From a virus (lineage: Duplodnaviria; Caudoviricetes), in the IMG/VR virus record IMGVR_UViG_3300028833_000094, positions 32,001 through 96,000 of that record: a stretch of 64,000 nt of DNA. One strand, written 5' to 3'. Under the pieces are notes generated by a model. The model worked only from the letters and a program-made list of their open reading frames with translations, was not told the DNA's origin and made no database searches. This document shows, one piece after another, positions 7,881-15,466 of this stretch; position 1 is the first letter of the stretch, and the number at the start of each line of letters is the position of its first letter. A program made the translations under genes and the position numbers.

Positions 7881-8261
7881 TTATTCCCAACCCATCATTC
7901 TCGCATGATTGTACCAAGCAAGCTCTTGGGCCATCCATTCTCTGTACTCTTCCTCATATTCCAGGTCATTTATCATTTGCTGGTATGCTTCAGCAGAATA
8001 ATATTCTAACATAGTTTCCATATCAAAGATAGACATACCTACTTCATTACAGAAGTCTACAGCATCTACTCTTTCACAGAAGAGTATTACATCATCAACA
8101 TCCCAGTCAGTACTGTTGTCTTGATAGATAGAAAGAACTGGAATCAGATTATTGCCCTTGACAGCATACTGCACATTGGCAGTGCATTTGTAGGGATTAC
8201 CATTGACCTGCTTAATCAAATCCAGAATAAACTGGTCATCATAATTTGTTAAATTTACCAT
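7881..8261 (-). CDS. acidic hypothetical protein
   Basis: 126-aa ORF, D/E-rich C-terminus. Confidence 0.7.
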   Translation of the reverse strand: MVNLTNYDDQFILDLIKQVNGNPYKCTANVQYAVKGNNLIPVLSIYQDNSTDWDVDDVILFCERVDAVDFCNEVGMSIFDMETMLEYYSAEAYQQMINDLEYEEEYREWMAQELAWYNHARMMGWE

Positions 8262-8278
8262 TTTCTTTATTATTTATA

Positions 8279-8536
8279 TTATAAGAATGCAGCAATCATT
8301 ATAGCCTGAATAGGTGTCCAAGCCATTAAGAATATACAAATATTAGTTACCCATTCCTTCTGATTATCAATGAAGGCAATAGGCAATAGCAGAGAGACAG
8401 CAACAATAGAGAGTATTACACTGGATACAATCTCCCTATTGTAAGGTCTTAACACACCAGCAGCAAATGCTGCAATACCCAACATTAGGGCTGTACCAAT
8501 TATGGCAAGCCCTAATACTTTCATGAATTCTTTCAT
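8279..8536 (-). CDS. small membrane protein (3 TM)
   Basis: three hydrophobic segments; TAATG overlap with upstream stop. Confidence 0.7.
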   Translation of the reverse strand: MKEFMKVLGLAIIGTALMLGIAAFAAGVLRPYNREIVSSVILSIVAVSLLLPIAFIDNQKEWVTNICIFLMAWTPIQAIMIAAFL

Positions 8537-8973
8537 TAGATACAATATTTGAGTGAATAGATAGTCTCATCATAGGCTTCCTGCATCTCAGCGAGGTAAT
8601 CCTGATAGTGTTCCCATTCCCACTCCTTAGAGGGAATATCCCATTCATTACAGGCCTCCTCAAAGGAATGCCCTAATCTCATCCAAGCCTCAATCTGAGG
8701 TCTGTAAGTGAGTGCCCAATGCTCCAGAGATTCATCATTCAGAGTCTGATAGTCAGAGACAAGCAGTCTCATCCAAATCTTATCAACATCCCAGAGTGAG
8801 ATAGAAAGAAGGGAATCTTCAGGGTCATCTACTATTCCACAGCAGTCAGCACCAACTGCTATATCATTGTTGATCATCTTCTGGATAGCTTCCAGAGCTA
8901 CTGTTGCTGGCATGTCATTCCAGCCAAGTTTCTTGACAATCAGCATAATTGCTGAGAACTCTTGTTTGTTCAT
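8536..8973 (-). CDS. acidic hypothetical protein, first gene of the leftward array
   Basis: 145-aa ORF containing GHSFEEACNEWDI, similar to the 38-aa gene at 5214..5330. Confidence 0.75.
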   Translation of the reverse strand: MNKQEFSAIMLIVKKLGWNDMPATVALEAIQKMINNDIAVGADCCGIVDDPEDSLLSISLWDVDKIWMRLLVSDYQTLNDESLEHWALTYRPQIEAWMRLGHSFEEACNEWDIPSKEWEWEHYQDYLAEMQEAYDETIYSLKYCI

Positions 8974-9183
8974 TGCTGTTATTTATTAGGGTTGTGACAG
9001 TCTTTCCTGCCTCAGTAGTTGAGTTTGTAGCATTTGTAGCATTAGTGATGCTTCAGTCTCAGTTGCTGAGGATGAGTAATTCTTTGCTATATTATTACTG
9101 AGAATCAGTCAGTCTGCAAAGACCCAGGGGGGATGAACCCCAACTGTCAAAGACAGGGGGAGGTGTGATATGTTATGACACAT

Positions 9184-9309
9184 CTTTACACATATCTCAT
9201 ATTTTTATCTATTATCTCCCACCTTTACACATACTTTGCATTTTTCCCAAGTCCCCACGCCTTTACACATACCCAATATTTTTTGGAATATCTCCCCTTT
9301 TACACACAT
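9184..9309 (+). repeat. four iteron-like direct repeats (C/T)TTTACACA(T/C)A, about 38-bp period
   Basis: copies at 9184, 9223, 9261 and about 9298, at the point where gene orientation switches. Confidence 0.7.
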
Positions 9310-9393
9310 TCTTCATTCCACTTAGAGCAATTCTTAGCTATAGAACAGTCCAATCTTTTTATAATATTTTTGTGCATTATAAATAGTAGAAGT

Positions 9394-9786
9394 ATGGGAA
9401 ATATAAAGTTGCATAACATGGAAGTAATGGAGCAAGCTAAGTATAGGGCAAGACAAATGGATACTTGGCCTTCTCCATTAGAAGAAAGAATGAAAGAGTT
9501 CTTAGACAGGCACTATGTGGAATATGAGTCTCAAAAGATATTCTATATCTATGCTGATGATGGATGGATAATAAGGTATTATATAGCTGATTTCTATATA
9601 CCAGAGAAAGAGGTTATTATAGAGGTAGATGGTAAGTTCCATGATGAACACAAGCTACATGACAAGAACAGGACTAAGGATATTCAAGAACAGTATCCTT
9701 CTATAGAGGTATTAAGGTATAGGTGGAAAGATTTGTCTGATATGGATAAAATGGATGATCTATTGTGTAGGATAAACGCTATATAA
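9394..9786 (+). CDS. DUF559/Vsr-like PD-(D/E)xK endonuclease
   Basis: YIADFY..IIEVDGKFH..DKNRT..VLRY motifs; ATG 9394 follows TATTTTTG at 9365. Confidence 0.75.
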   Translation: MGNIKLHNMEVMEQAKYRARQMDTWPSPLEERMKEFLDRHYVEYESQKIFYIYADDGWIIRYYIADFYIPEKEVIIEVDGKFHDEHKLHDKNRTKDIQEQYPSIEVLRYRWKDLSDMDKMDDLLCRINAI

Positions 9787-9838
9787 TTGATGTAAAGCAT
9801 TAAATCATAGGGATTTATACAGTTTTCTCGGCATTATT

Positions 9839-9869
9839 TTTGGTGAAATAACTTTATTTTGTACCTTTG
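9839..9869 (+). promoter_or_regulatory. Bacteroidota housekeeping-sigma promoter
   Basis: TTTG-N19-TACCTTTG. Confidence 0.75.
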
Positions 9870-9900
9870 CATCCAAGAAGTTTAACTAAAACTTGATACG

Positions 9901-10212
9901 ATGAAAGGGTTAAAGGAGTATCTTAGGAAACATGGTAGACACTTTACTGAGGAACTGGCTCATGCTGTCATGGGGAATACTTGGACCTATGATGAGATAG
10001 ATGCCATCATCCAGAAGAAGGTATACTATAATGTTTCTGGTTGTACTAAGGGGGATATAGTTTATTTCTGTAATGGAATGAATTTATATACCAAGCATGA
10101 TATTATAAAGAATGTGATTCCCATGCTTATGACAGTAGATGCCTATGAGGATATATTTACCTTATGGGCCAAAGTATATGGGGATTGCTTTGATTTTACC
10201 AAGTTTGTATAG
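9901..10212 (+). CDS. hypothetical protein, paralog of 55542..55958
   Basis: YLRKHGRHFTEELA..WTYDEID..DIVYFCN vs YLNNYGCHFNKKLC..YTKEQVD..DACYVAN. Confidence 0.75.
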   Translation: MKGLKEYLRKHGRHFTEELAHAVMGNTWTYDEIDAIIQKKVYYNVSGCTKGDIVYFCNGMNLYTKHDIIKNVIPMLMTVDAYEDIFTLWAKVYGDCFDFTKFV

Positions 10213-10261
10213 AATAATTTTCTGTTTTATAATTATTTAAGAAATTTTGTTCAAGTAAAAT

Positions 10262-10292
10262 TTTGGTATTATATTATTAGTTTGTATCTTTG
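10262..10292 (+). promoter_or_regulatory. Bacteroidota housekeeping-sigma promoter
   Basis: TTTG-N19-TATCTTTG. Confidence 0.8.
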
Positions 10293-10296
10293 CAGC

Positions 10297-10722
10297 GACC
10301 CTTGGAAGTAGTAGTTCCATGTTCAGGCTATTAAGGTCCAGTGGATATATAGAGCCTTAGAAGTCGGGTTGTAAGTGCTTATAGCACTGAGATATTCAGG
10401 ATACTCAAGCCCCGATAGGTCAAAAAATGCTTGGTTATAAGTCTGGTGTCCCGCCTAACTACTATGGGAAAGAGGCTGAGGGTAAAGTGGACATTAGGGA
10501 GTTCTAAAGCTTACGAGTTAAGTTTATACTGACCGCCCAGATGAAGTGCCAAGTTAATGAGGTTAGGAAAATCCTTTAGGGACTTCTTATACCTTTTTGA
10601 ATAGTAAAATATCTCAGGCTATGCAGCTGTTGTGAAACACCTGTGTACTTACAAATACTAGGATACAATTTAAAAAGTGTCTTCAAGATAAGAGAGGCCT
10701 AAGTGTAGGCTTCTCTTTCTTT
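10297..10722 (+). ncRNA. candidate large structured ncRNA (about 420 nt)
   Basis: between consensus promoter and terminator, no ORF of 60 aa or more, many nested helices. Confidence 0.55.
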
Positions 10723-10724
10723 AT
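10690..10724 (+). terminator. intrinsic terminator
   Basis: AGAGAGGCCTA-AGTG-TAGGCTTCTCT-TTCTTT. Confidence 0.75.
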
Positions 10725-10796
10725 TTCTTAGCATTATCCTAAGATTCATTGTACCTAAAAGATTGTTTCTTATTTTTGCAACAAAATAAGAAGAAT

Positions 10797-11405
10797 ATGA
10801 ATAAATATTTTATTGCAGCTATAGTGGTTCTCTTTGCTACCATAGGATTTATGTGGAAGCAAGTAAGGGATGCAAATGAGAAATGGAAGGTTTCTGAGGG
10901 TAATGTAAAGGCCTATGCATCCATGTTTGACAATAGCAAGAAACAGAATGCTGCTTTGCTATTGACTGTAGATCAGCTTGAATATTTCAAGGATTCTGTA
11001 CTTCAGGAGCTTGATGCTACCAGGAAGGAACTGAAGGTAAAGGATAAGGACTTAAAGGCTTTACAGCAGGTTAAGTCCAGTTTCTCCAGGACAGATACTA
11101 TTACAATAACCCAGGTGGATACTTTGTTTAAAGAACCCTCCTTGGCTATTGATACTGTATTGGGAGATGAATGGTATAAGCTTAATCTAGGACTTAAGTA
11201 TCCTTCTACGATTGCAGTAAAGCCATACTTTAAGAGTGAGAAACATATCGTAGTCTCCAGTAAGAAAGAGACTGTTAATCCTCCAAAGAAGTTCTTTCTT
11301 TTGAGATGGTTTCAGAAAAAGCATCGAGTTCTTCATATAGATGTTGTTGAGAAAAATCCTTATGTGAGTGATGAAACTAGTAGATACGTTGAGATTATCA
11401 GGTAA
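10797..11405 (+). CDS. membrane-anchored coiled-coil protein, DUF6549/spanin-like
   Basis: N-terminal TM (YFIAAIVVLFATIGFM), coiled coil, C-terminal KKFFLLRWFQKKH..VVEKNPY; promoter TATTTTTG at 10771. Confidence 0.6.
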   Translation: MNKYFIAAIVVLFATIGFMWKQVRDANEKWKVSEGNVKAYASMFDNSKKQNAALLLTVDQLEYFKDSVLQELDATRKELKVKDKDLKALQQVKSSFSRTDTITITQVDTLFKEPSLAIDTVLGDEWYKLNLGLKYPSTIAVKPYFKSEKHIVVSSKKETVNPPKKFFLLRWFQKKHRVLHIDVVEKNPYVSDETSRYVEIIR

Positions 11406-11431
11406 CGGTTTGTTTGTTTTTTGTGAATAGA

Positions 11432-12616
11432 TTATCTATTTGAATTTTCTGTTTTTGTTTTTCCTCCTGCCTGTGAAGGTGGGAGGTTTTTAATGGCTTC
11501 CACTACTGTCTCATCCAATAGCTTGGCATATACCTGTTCTGTAATCCTGGTAGAGGAGTGACCACATATTCTGGATACTATCTGCATGGGTACCCCTTCA
11601 TTTAATAATAAGGTAGCTCCTGTATGTCTTGCCCAATGTGTACTCAGGGGTTTGTCTATTCCAGATGATTGTGCTACTACCTTCAGGTACTCATTGTACT
11701 TGACATTGGATATAATGGGTAGTCTGCCATTATATTTCATCAGGATATTCCAGGCAGGGGATAGGATAGGGATGGTAAAGGGTTTATCTGTCTTCAGCCT
11801 GTGTCCAGTATAGACCTTCATATCTTTAATCTCTTGTACAGATTTTATATTAAAGTATCTCAAATCCGAATAGCTTAGACAGGTATAGGTTTGGAAAATA
11901 AACACATCTCTGACTTTCTCCAGACTTTCAGTAGGCATCTTAGAGGTTTTTATCTTATGGAATTCTTCTGGAGTCAGGCATTTCTCAAGACTCTTTATGT
12001 CCCTGCCTTTATCTATACAGATATTCTTATAGGGATTCTTAGTCATGTGACCTTCATTAATAGCATCCAAGATGACAGAATTAAGATGCCTGTGGTAATT
12101 ATGCCATTTAGTATAGAGACACATTCCCTTACTTGCCAGGTAATTGTCAAAAGCTATAAGATTTAATTCATTTACATCCTTGAATCTCTTAATACCTCCC
12201 CATTCTTTAAAGACTTTCAGAAACAAGTTGTACCTGTCTATGCTTCTTGGAGCCTTACCATATTTCCTTATATCAAATCTCTGATGACAATAATCCAGGA
12301 AATTAATATTCTTTCTCTGAATCTTTAACCTGGCTGGTATGGAGAATATATCTATATTCCCCTCATTGGTCATATCAAGGAGTATCTGCCTTACATCAGT
12401 AAGCATCTTATCCAGAGTACTGCTAATCTGAAGGATATCAGGACAATTCAGGATCTTCCCTTTCTTCCACTGGTTTATATACAGCATGATACCAGTGGCA
12501 ATGTACTTTTGCTTATAGTTATAGGTAATTCTCATCTCTACTGCAGACTTTACAGTAAGGGATGCATTCTTTCTTCTGTTGAACACAAAAGTGATTTGAG
12601 GCTGTTTGTTAATCAT
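11432..12616 (-). CDS. int: Bacteroidota-type tyrosine integrase (arm-binding, SAM-like core-binding and catalytic domains)
   Basis: N-terminal VEMRITYN..KYIATGI arm domain; RDVFIFQTYTCLSYSDL (Ser in place of first Arg, as in IntDOT-like enzymes), HWARHT, GHSS, catalytic Tyr in VYAK. Confidence 0.92.
   Translation of the reverse strand: MINKQPQITFVFNRRKNASLTVKSAVEMRITYNYKQKYIATGIMLYINQWKKGKILNCPDILQISSTLDKMLTDVRQILLDMTNEGNIDIFSIPARLKIQRKNINFLDYCHQRFDIRKYGKAPRSIDRYNLFLKVFKEWGGIKRFKDVNELNLIAFDNYLASKGMCLYTKWHNYHRHLNSVILDAINEGHMTKNPYKNICIDKGRDIKSLEKCLTPEEFHKIKTSKMPTESLEKVRDVFIFQTYTCLSYSDLRYFNIKSVQEIKDMKVYTGHRLKTDKPFTIPILSPAWNILMKYNGRLPIISNVKYNEYLKVVAQSSGIDKPLSTHWARHTGATLLLNEGVPMQIVSRICGHSSTRITEQVYAKLLDETVVEAIKNLPPSQAGGKTKTENSNR
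11463..11491 (+). terminator. intrinsic terminator with GUGA loop, overlapping the integrase 3' end
   Basis: CCTCCTGCCT-GTGA-AGGTGGGAGG-TTTTT. Confidence 0.75.
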
Positions 12617-12716
12617 ATTTAAAAAGTAAAATAGGTAGTTAACTTCTCTTTTGAAGAAGCTTAGTGTAATAAATAAAAAAGTAGGGTGTAATAAATATGT
12701 AATAAATTAAGGGCTA

Positions 12717-12751
12717 AAAAATGGATGATAGGCCTGTATTTCCTACCATCC
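12717..12751 (-). terminator. terminator after tRNA-Lys
   Basis: minus strand GGATGGTAGG-N9-CCTATCATCC-ATTTTT. Confidence 0.65.
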
Positions 12752-12764
12752 CTTGGGTTCTTAG

Positions 12765-12837
12765 TACACCCGCAGGGGTTCGAACCCTGGACACCCTGAT
12801 TAAGAGTCAGGTGCTCTACCAACTGAGCTACGGGTGC
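12765..12837 (-). tRNA. trnK: tRNA-Lys(CTT)
   Basis: GCACCCG/CGGGTGT acceptor, D-arm GCTC-AGTTGGTA-GAGC, anticodon arm CCTGA-CTCTTAA-TCAGG, T-loop TTCGAAC; GC-rich and host-like. Confidence 0.95.
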
Positions 12838-12930
12838 ATGTTGAGGGGGTATGTAATGAATTTTAGGAAGAGCTGTCATAAATATGTAATGAATTATATA
12901 AAATACGTGAAGATTGTAGGGGTTTGGTTG

Positions 12931-12938
12931 CAAAGATA
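12931..12938 (-). promoter_or_regulatory. promoter -7 element for tRNA-Lys
   Basis: TATCTTTG on the minus strand; divergent TATCTTTG at 13037-13044 on the plus strand. Confidence 0.65.
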
Positions 12939-13160
12939 GTGAATAATCCTGAGATAGGAGAAGGATGGGAACCTTAAATAATTTTAAAATTAGGATAAAA
13001 TTACAAAGAAGATTAGGTTATTTAAAGAAGATTGTTTATCTTTGTGGCGTATTTCATAACTTCATAAGTTATTGAGAAATAGGATAATAACGAAAAAGGT
13101 TAAACTATTACTTTAAGACAATTTTCATTATACTAATAATTAAATTAAAAGGATACAATC

Positions 13161-13376
13161 ATGGCAATATCAAAAAAACAGGAACAACAGTGGCAGGCTC
13201 AGGATGATGCCAGAGTCATGGCCCAGTATCAGGAGATTATCAATGACAAGGCAAGGATGGGCAGAGCCATCAAGGAAGCCAGTAAGCAAGCCTCAGACTT
13301 AAGTAAGAGGGCTAATGCAATGAAGAATGCCGCCAATGTGAAGGCAAATGGTGGCACTCTCAGGAGGAAGAAGTAA
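13161..13376 (+). CDS. small basic helical protein
   Basis: 71 aa, ends ANGGTLRRKK. Confidence 0.75.
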   Translation: MAISKKQEQQWQAQDDARVMAQYQEIINDKARMGRAIKEASKQASDLSKRANAMKNAANVKANGGTLRRKK

Positions 13377-13408
13377 TCTGGTTATTAGACTTCCATATAT
13401 AATAAGGT

Positions 13409-13837
13409 ATGTCAGTAGAAGAGAAGAACCAGGAATATGATTCAGAGCCAGTGAAATACTGTGCCAGATGTTTCTCTTTGAAGATAAAGTATGAAGAGAG
13501 CATTGATGCTGAATGCTGCGGTGACTGTGGAAGTTCTGATATATTGGAATCCTCTATAGAAGAATGGGAGAAGAAGTATGAGAGGAAGTATGGGAAGAAG
13601 TTTGTCCAGAAGCAGGAAGATCCTCAGAAGAGCTTTATCTTCAAGATGTCTCTTGACAAACTAAAGCTCAAAGTCTACGAGAGCAGTAACTGGAGAGAGA
13701 TTATCAAGGCCATCTATCCCAAGTTTCCAGGAGGCTATGGAAAAGCAGACTCCATCATACTATTCTTTGATACACTCATCAAGCAGAATAAACTGAATGA
13801 GCTGAAATTATTTTTGTATAAGCATTTTAAATATTAG
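13409..13837 (+). CDS. Zn-ribbon protein
   Basis: CARC..CGDC Cys pairs. Confidence 0.7.
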   Translation: MSVEEKNQEYDSEPVKYCARCFSLKIKYEESIDAECCGDCGSSDILESSIEEWEKKYERKYGKKFVQKQEDPQKSFIFKMSLDKLKLKVYESSNWREIIKAIYPKFPGGYGKADSIILFFDTLIKQNKLNELKLFLYKHFKY

Positions 13838-13863
13838 AATAATTAATAAAAATATTAGAAACT

Positions 13864-14223
13864 ATGGAAGAGCAGAAGTTAAAGAGCAAGGAAATTAAGA
13901 TGAATCCCAATGCAGAGGCAAAGCCTCAGCCTGCTGAGAATCAGAAACTCACTTATGAGCAGTTGAATCAGGCTTGTATGGAGCTGAGTCAGCAGAACCA
14001 GCAGATGCAGACCTATATCAAGAAACTCCATCAGCAGATGGGGCAGATGAATGCTCTCTTGGAGACAAGACGTATGGACTATCTCTTTAAGGTGATTGAG
14101 CTTCACACCAAGTATGAGAAATGGTTTGATTCTGATTTTGTCCTGAAGTGTGCTGAAGAGGTACAGGAATCCCTGACTATCCCTGAGGAAACAGAGCAGG
14201 AAGATAACAAAGAGCAAAACTGA
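13864..14223 (+). CDS. coiled-coil protein
   Basis: KLTYEQLN..LSQQNQQ..RMDYLFKV heptads. Confidence 0.75.
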   Translation: MEEQKLKSKEIKMNPNAEAKPQPAENQKLTYEQLNQACMELSQQNQQMQTYIKKLHQQMGQMNALLETRRMDYLFKVIELHTKYEKWFDSDFVLKCAEEVQESLTIPEETEQEDNKEQN

Positions 14224-14225
14224 TT

Positions 14226-14666
14226 ATGGAGAGTGAAGTTCAGACAAAGAAAGAAGGATGGAACTGGTCAAGGCATAAGCCCAATAATGTACTCAACATT
14301 GATGCCAGTTCCAGCATGGACTTCTTCAAATGGTGGTGTACCCTGATACACCCCTTTGTAGAACTGACCCCCAGGGAGATAGATGTCATAGCCTCCTTCC
14401 TCAAACAGAGGCTTGAACTTTCCCAGCAGGTTCCTCCCGAACTGGTGGACAGGCTTTTGATGAGCAATGAGACCAAGAGTAAGGTTATTGAAGACTGTCA
14501 TATTACACAGTCACACTTCTATGTGGTGATGAGTACCTTAAAGAAGAAGAAAGTAATCTCTGACAAAGGTATCAATCCCAGGCTGATTCCTAATGTAAGG
14601 AAGGATGACAACGGAGTATTCCAGTTACTGATTCTCATTAAGAATAACCAGAAGAATGACCTATGA
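14226..14666 (+). CDS. probable winged-helix DNA-binding protein
   Basis: LTPREIDVIA..ITQSHFYVVMSTLKKKKVI..INP pattern. Confidence 0.55.
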   Translation: MESEVQTKKEGWNWSRHKPNNVLNIDASSSMDFFKWWCTLIHPFVELTPREIDVIASFLKQRLELSQQVPPELVDRLLMSNETKSKVIEDCHITQSHFYVVMSTLKKKKVISDKGINPRLIPNVRKDDNGVFQLLILIKNNQKNDL

Positions 14667-14967
14667 AGAAATCATAGCTCAGGTATCAGAGTCTACGGGA
14701 GTGTCCAGGACATTAGTAGATAAGACCTATAAGGCTTATTGGAAGGCAGTCAGGGAGCATATTACATCCCTTCCCTTAAAGGAAGAACTTACAGATGAAG
14801 AGTTCCTTAATCTCAGGCCAAATGTCAATATCCCCTCTATAGGCAAGCTCTATGTCACGTTAGACAGATACCATAACCTAAAGAAGCAGTTCAAGCTTTA
14901 CTATAAGAATTATAAAGGAAAAGACAAATATAAAAAGGATAGCAATGATAAAGATAAAGAAGATTAA
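14656..14967 (+). CDS. HU/IHF-like DNA-binding protein
   Basis: MTYEEIIAQVSESTGVSRTLV..VNIPSIGKL. Confidence 0.7.
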   Translation: MTYEEIIAQVSESTGVSRTLVDKTYKAYWKAVREHITSLPLKEELTDEEFLNLRPNVNIPSIGKLYVTLDRYHNLKKQFKLYYKNYKGKDKYKKDSNDKDKED

Positions 14968-15373
14968 ACCACTGTTCACTAATTTGGTAACAACAGGTGA
15001 GAAGTATGAGCAGGATATGTATGATGCACATGGGCTGATTGAATGTAAGAAGGGAGATCTTAAGACCTATCAGATAGTAGTGGCAGTAGGACCACTGGTA
15101 AGAGACATCCAGCCTGGCGATAAGGTGATGATTGATGTGATGAACTATGCAGTCAGGAAGTATGACCCTAACTCCATTAAGAATGACATGGATATGAATA
15201 AGGTCATTGACTTCAAGTTTAACTGGGTTCAGGTAGAAGATGAGAAGGGAGAGCCGCAGGATTGCCTGTTCCTAAGTGACAGGGACATTCTGTTTTCATT
15301 TGAAGGAGAAGAAGTTCAGGGTAATAAGAATCCTATTATAACTCCAGAGAAGCCTAAAATCATTATAAGCTGA
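14945..15373 (+). CDS. GroES-like co-chaperonin
   Basis: KIKPL..VVAVGP..IQPGDKV..LSDRDIL match the GroES fold. Confidence 0.7.
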   Translation: MIKIKKIKPLFTNLVTTGEKYEQDMYDAHGLIECKKGDLKTYQIVVAVGPLVRDIQPGDKVMIDVMNYAVRKYDPNSIKNDMDMNKVIDFKFNWVQVEDEKGEPQDCLFLSDRDILFSFEGEEVQGNKNPIITPEKPKIIIS

Positions 15374-15393
15374 GTAGAAGTTGTTTTTGGGAG

Positions 15394-15427
15394 AAGAGGC
15401 CTGGGCTATTTGGCCTGGGCCTTTTTT
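15394..15427 (+). terminator. intrinsic terminator
   Basis: AGGCCTGGGC..GCCTGGGCCT-TTTTT. Confidence 0.7.
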
Positions 15428-15466
15428 AGATTTGAGAATTTTGTAGAGGTAAATTGAGAATTTTGT

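Larger units (their letters stand above)
12665..12894. repeat. six TGT(A/C)AT(A/G)AAT direct repeats flanking tRNA-Lys; putative integrase arm-type sites (attP)
   Basis: copies at 12665, 12687, 12698 and 12852, 12874, 12885; both triplets spaced 22 and 11 bp. Confidence 0.75.

Noticed and set aside
9184-9309. CRISPR mini-array
   Set aside because: Repeats only about 11 bp and non-palindromic, spacers compositionally similar, no cas genes
9165-9393. N-terminal extension of the endonuclease ORF and ORF 9165..9386
   Set aside because: Translation of the G-poor repeat region; the real start is more likely 9394 after a promoter
12661-12939. ORFs 12661..12933(-) and 12721..12939(+)
   Set aside because: They overlap the tRNA-Lys and the repeat arms; spurious
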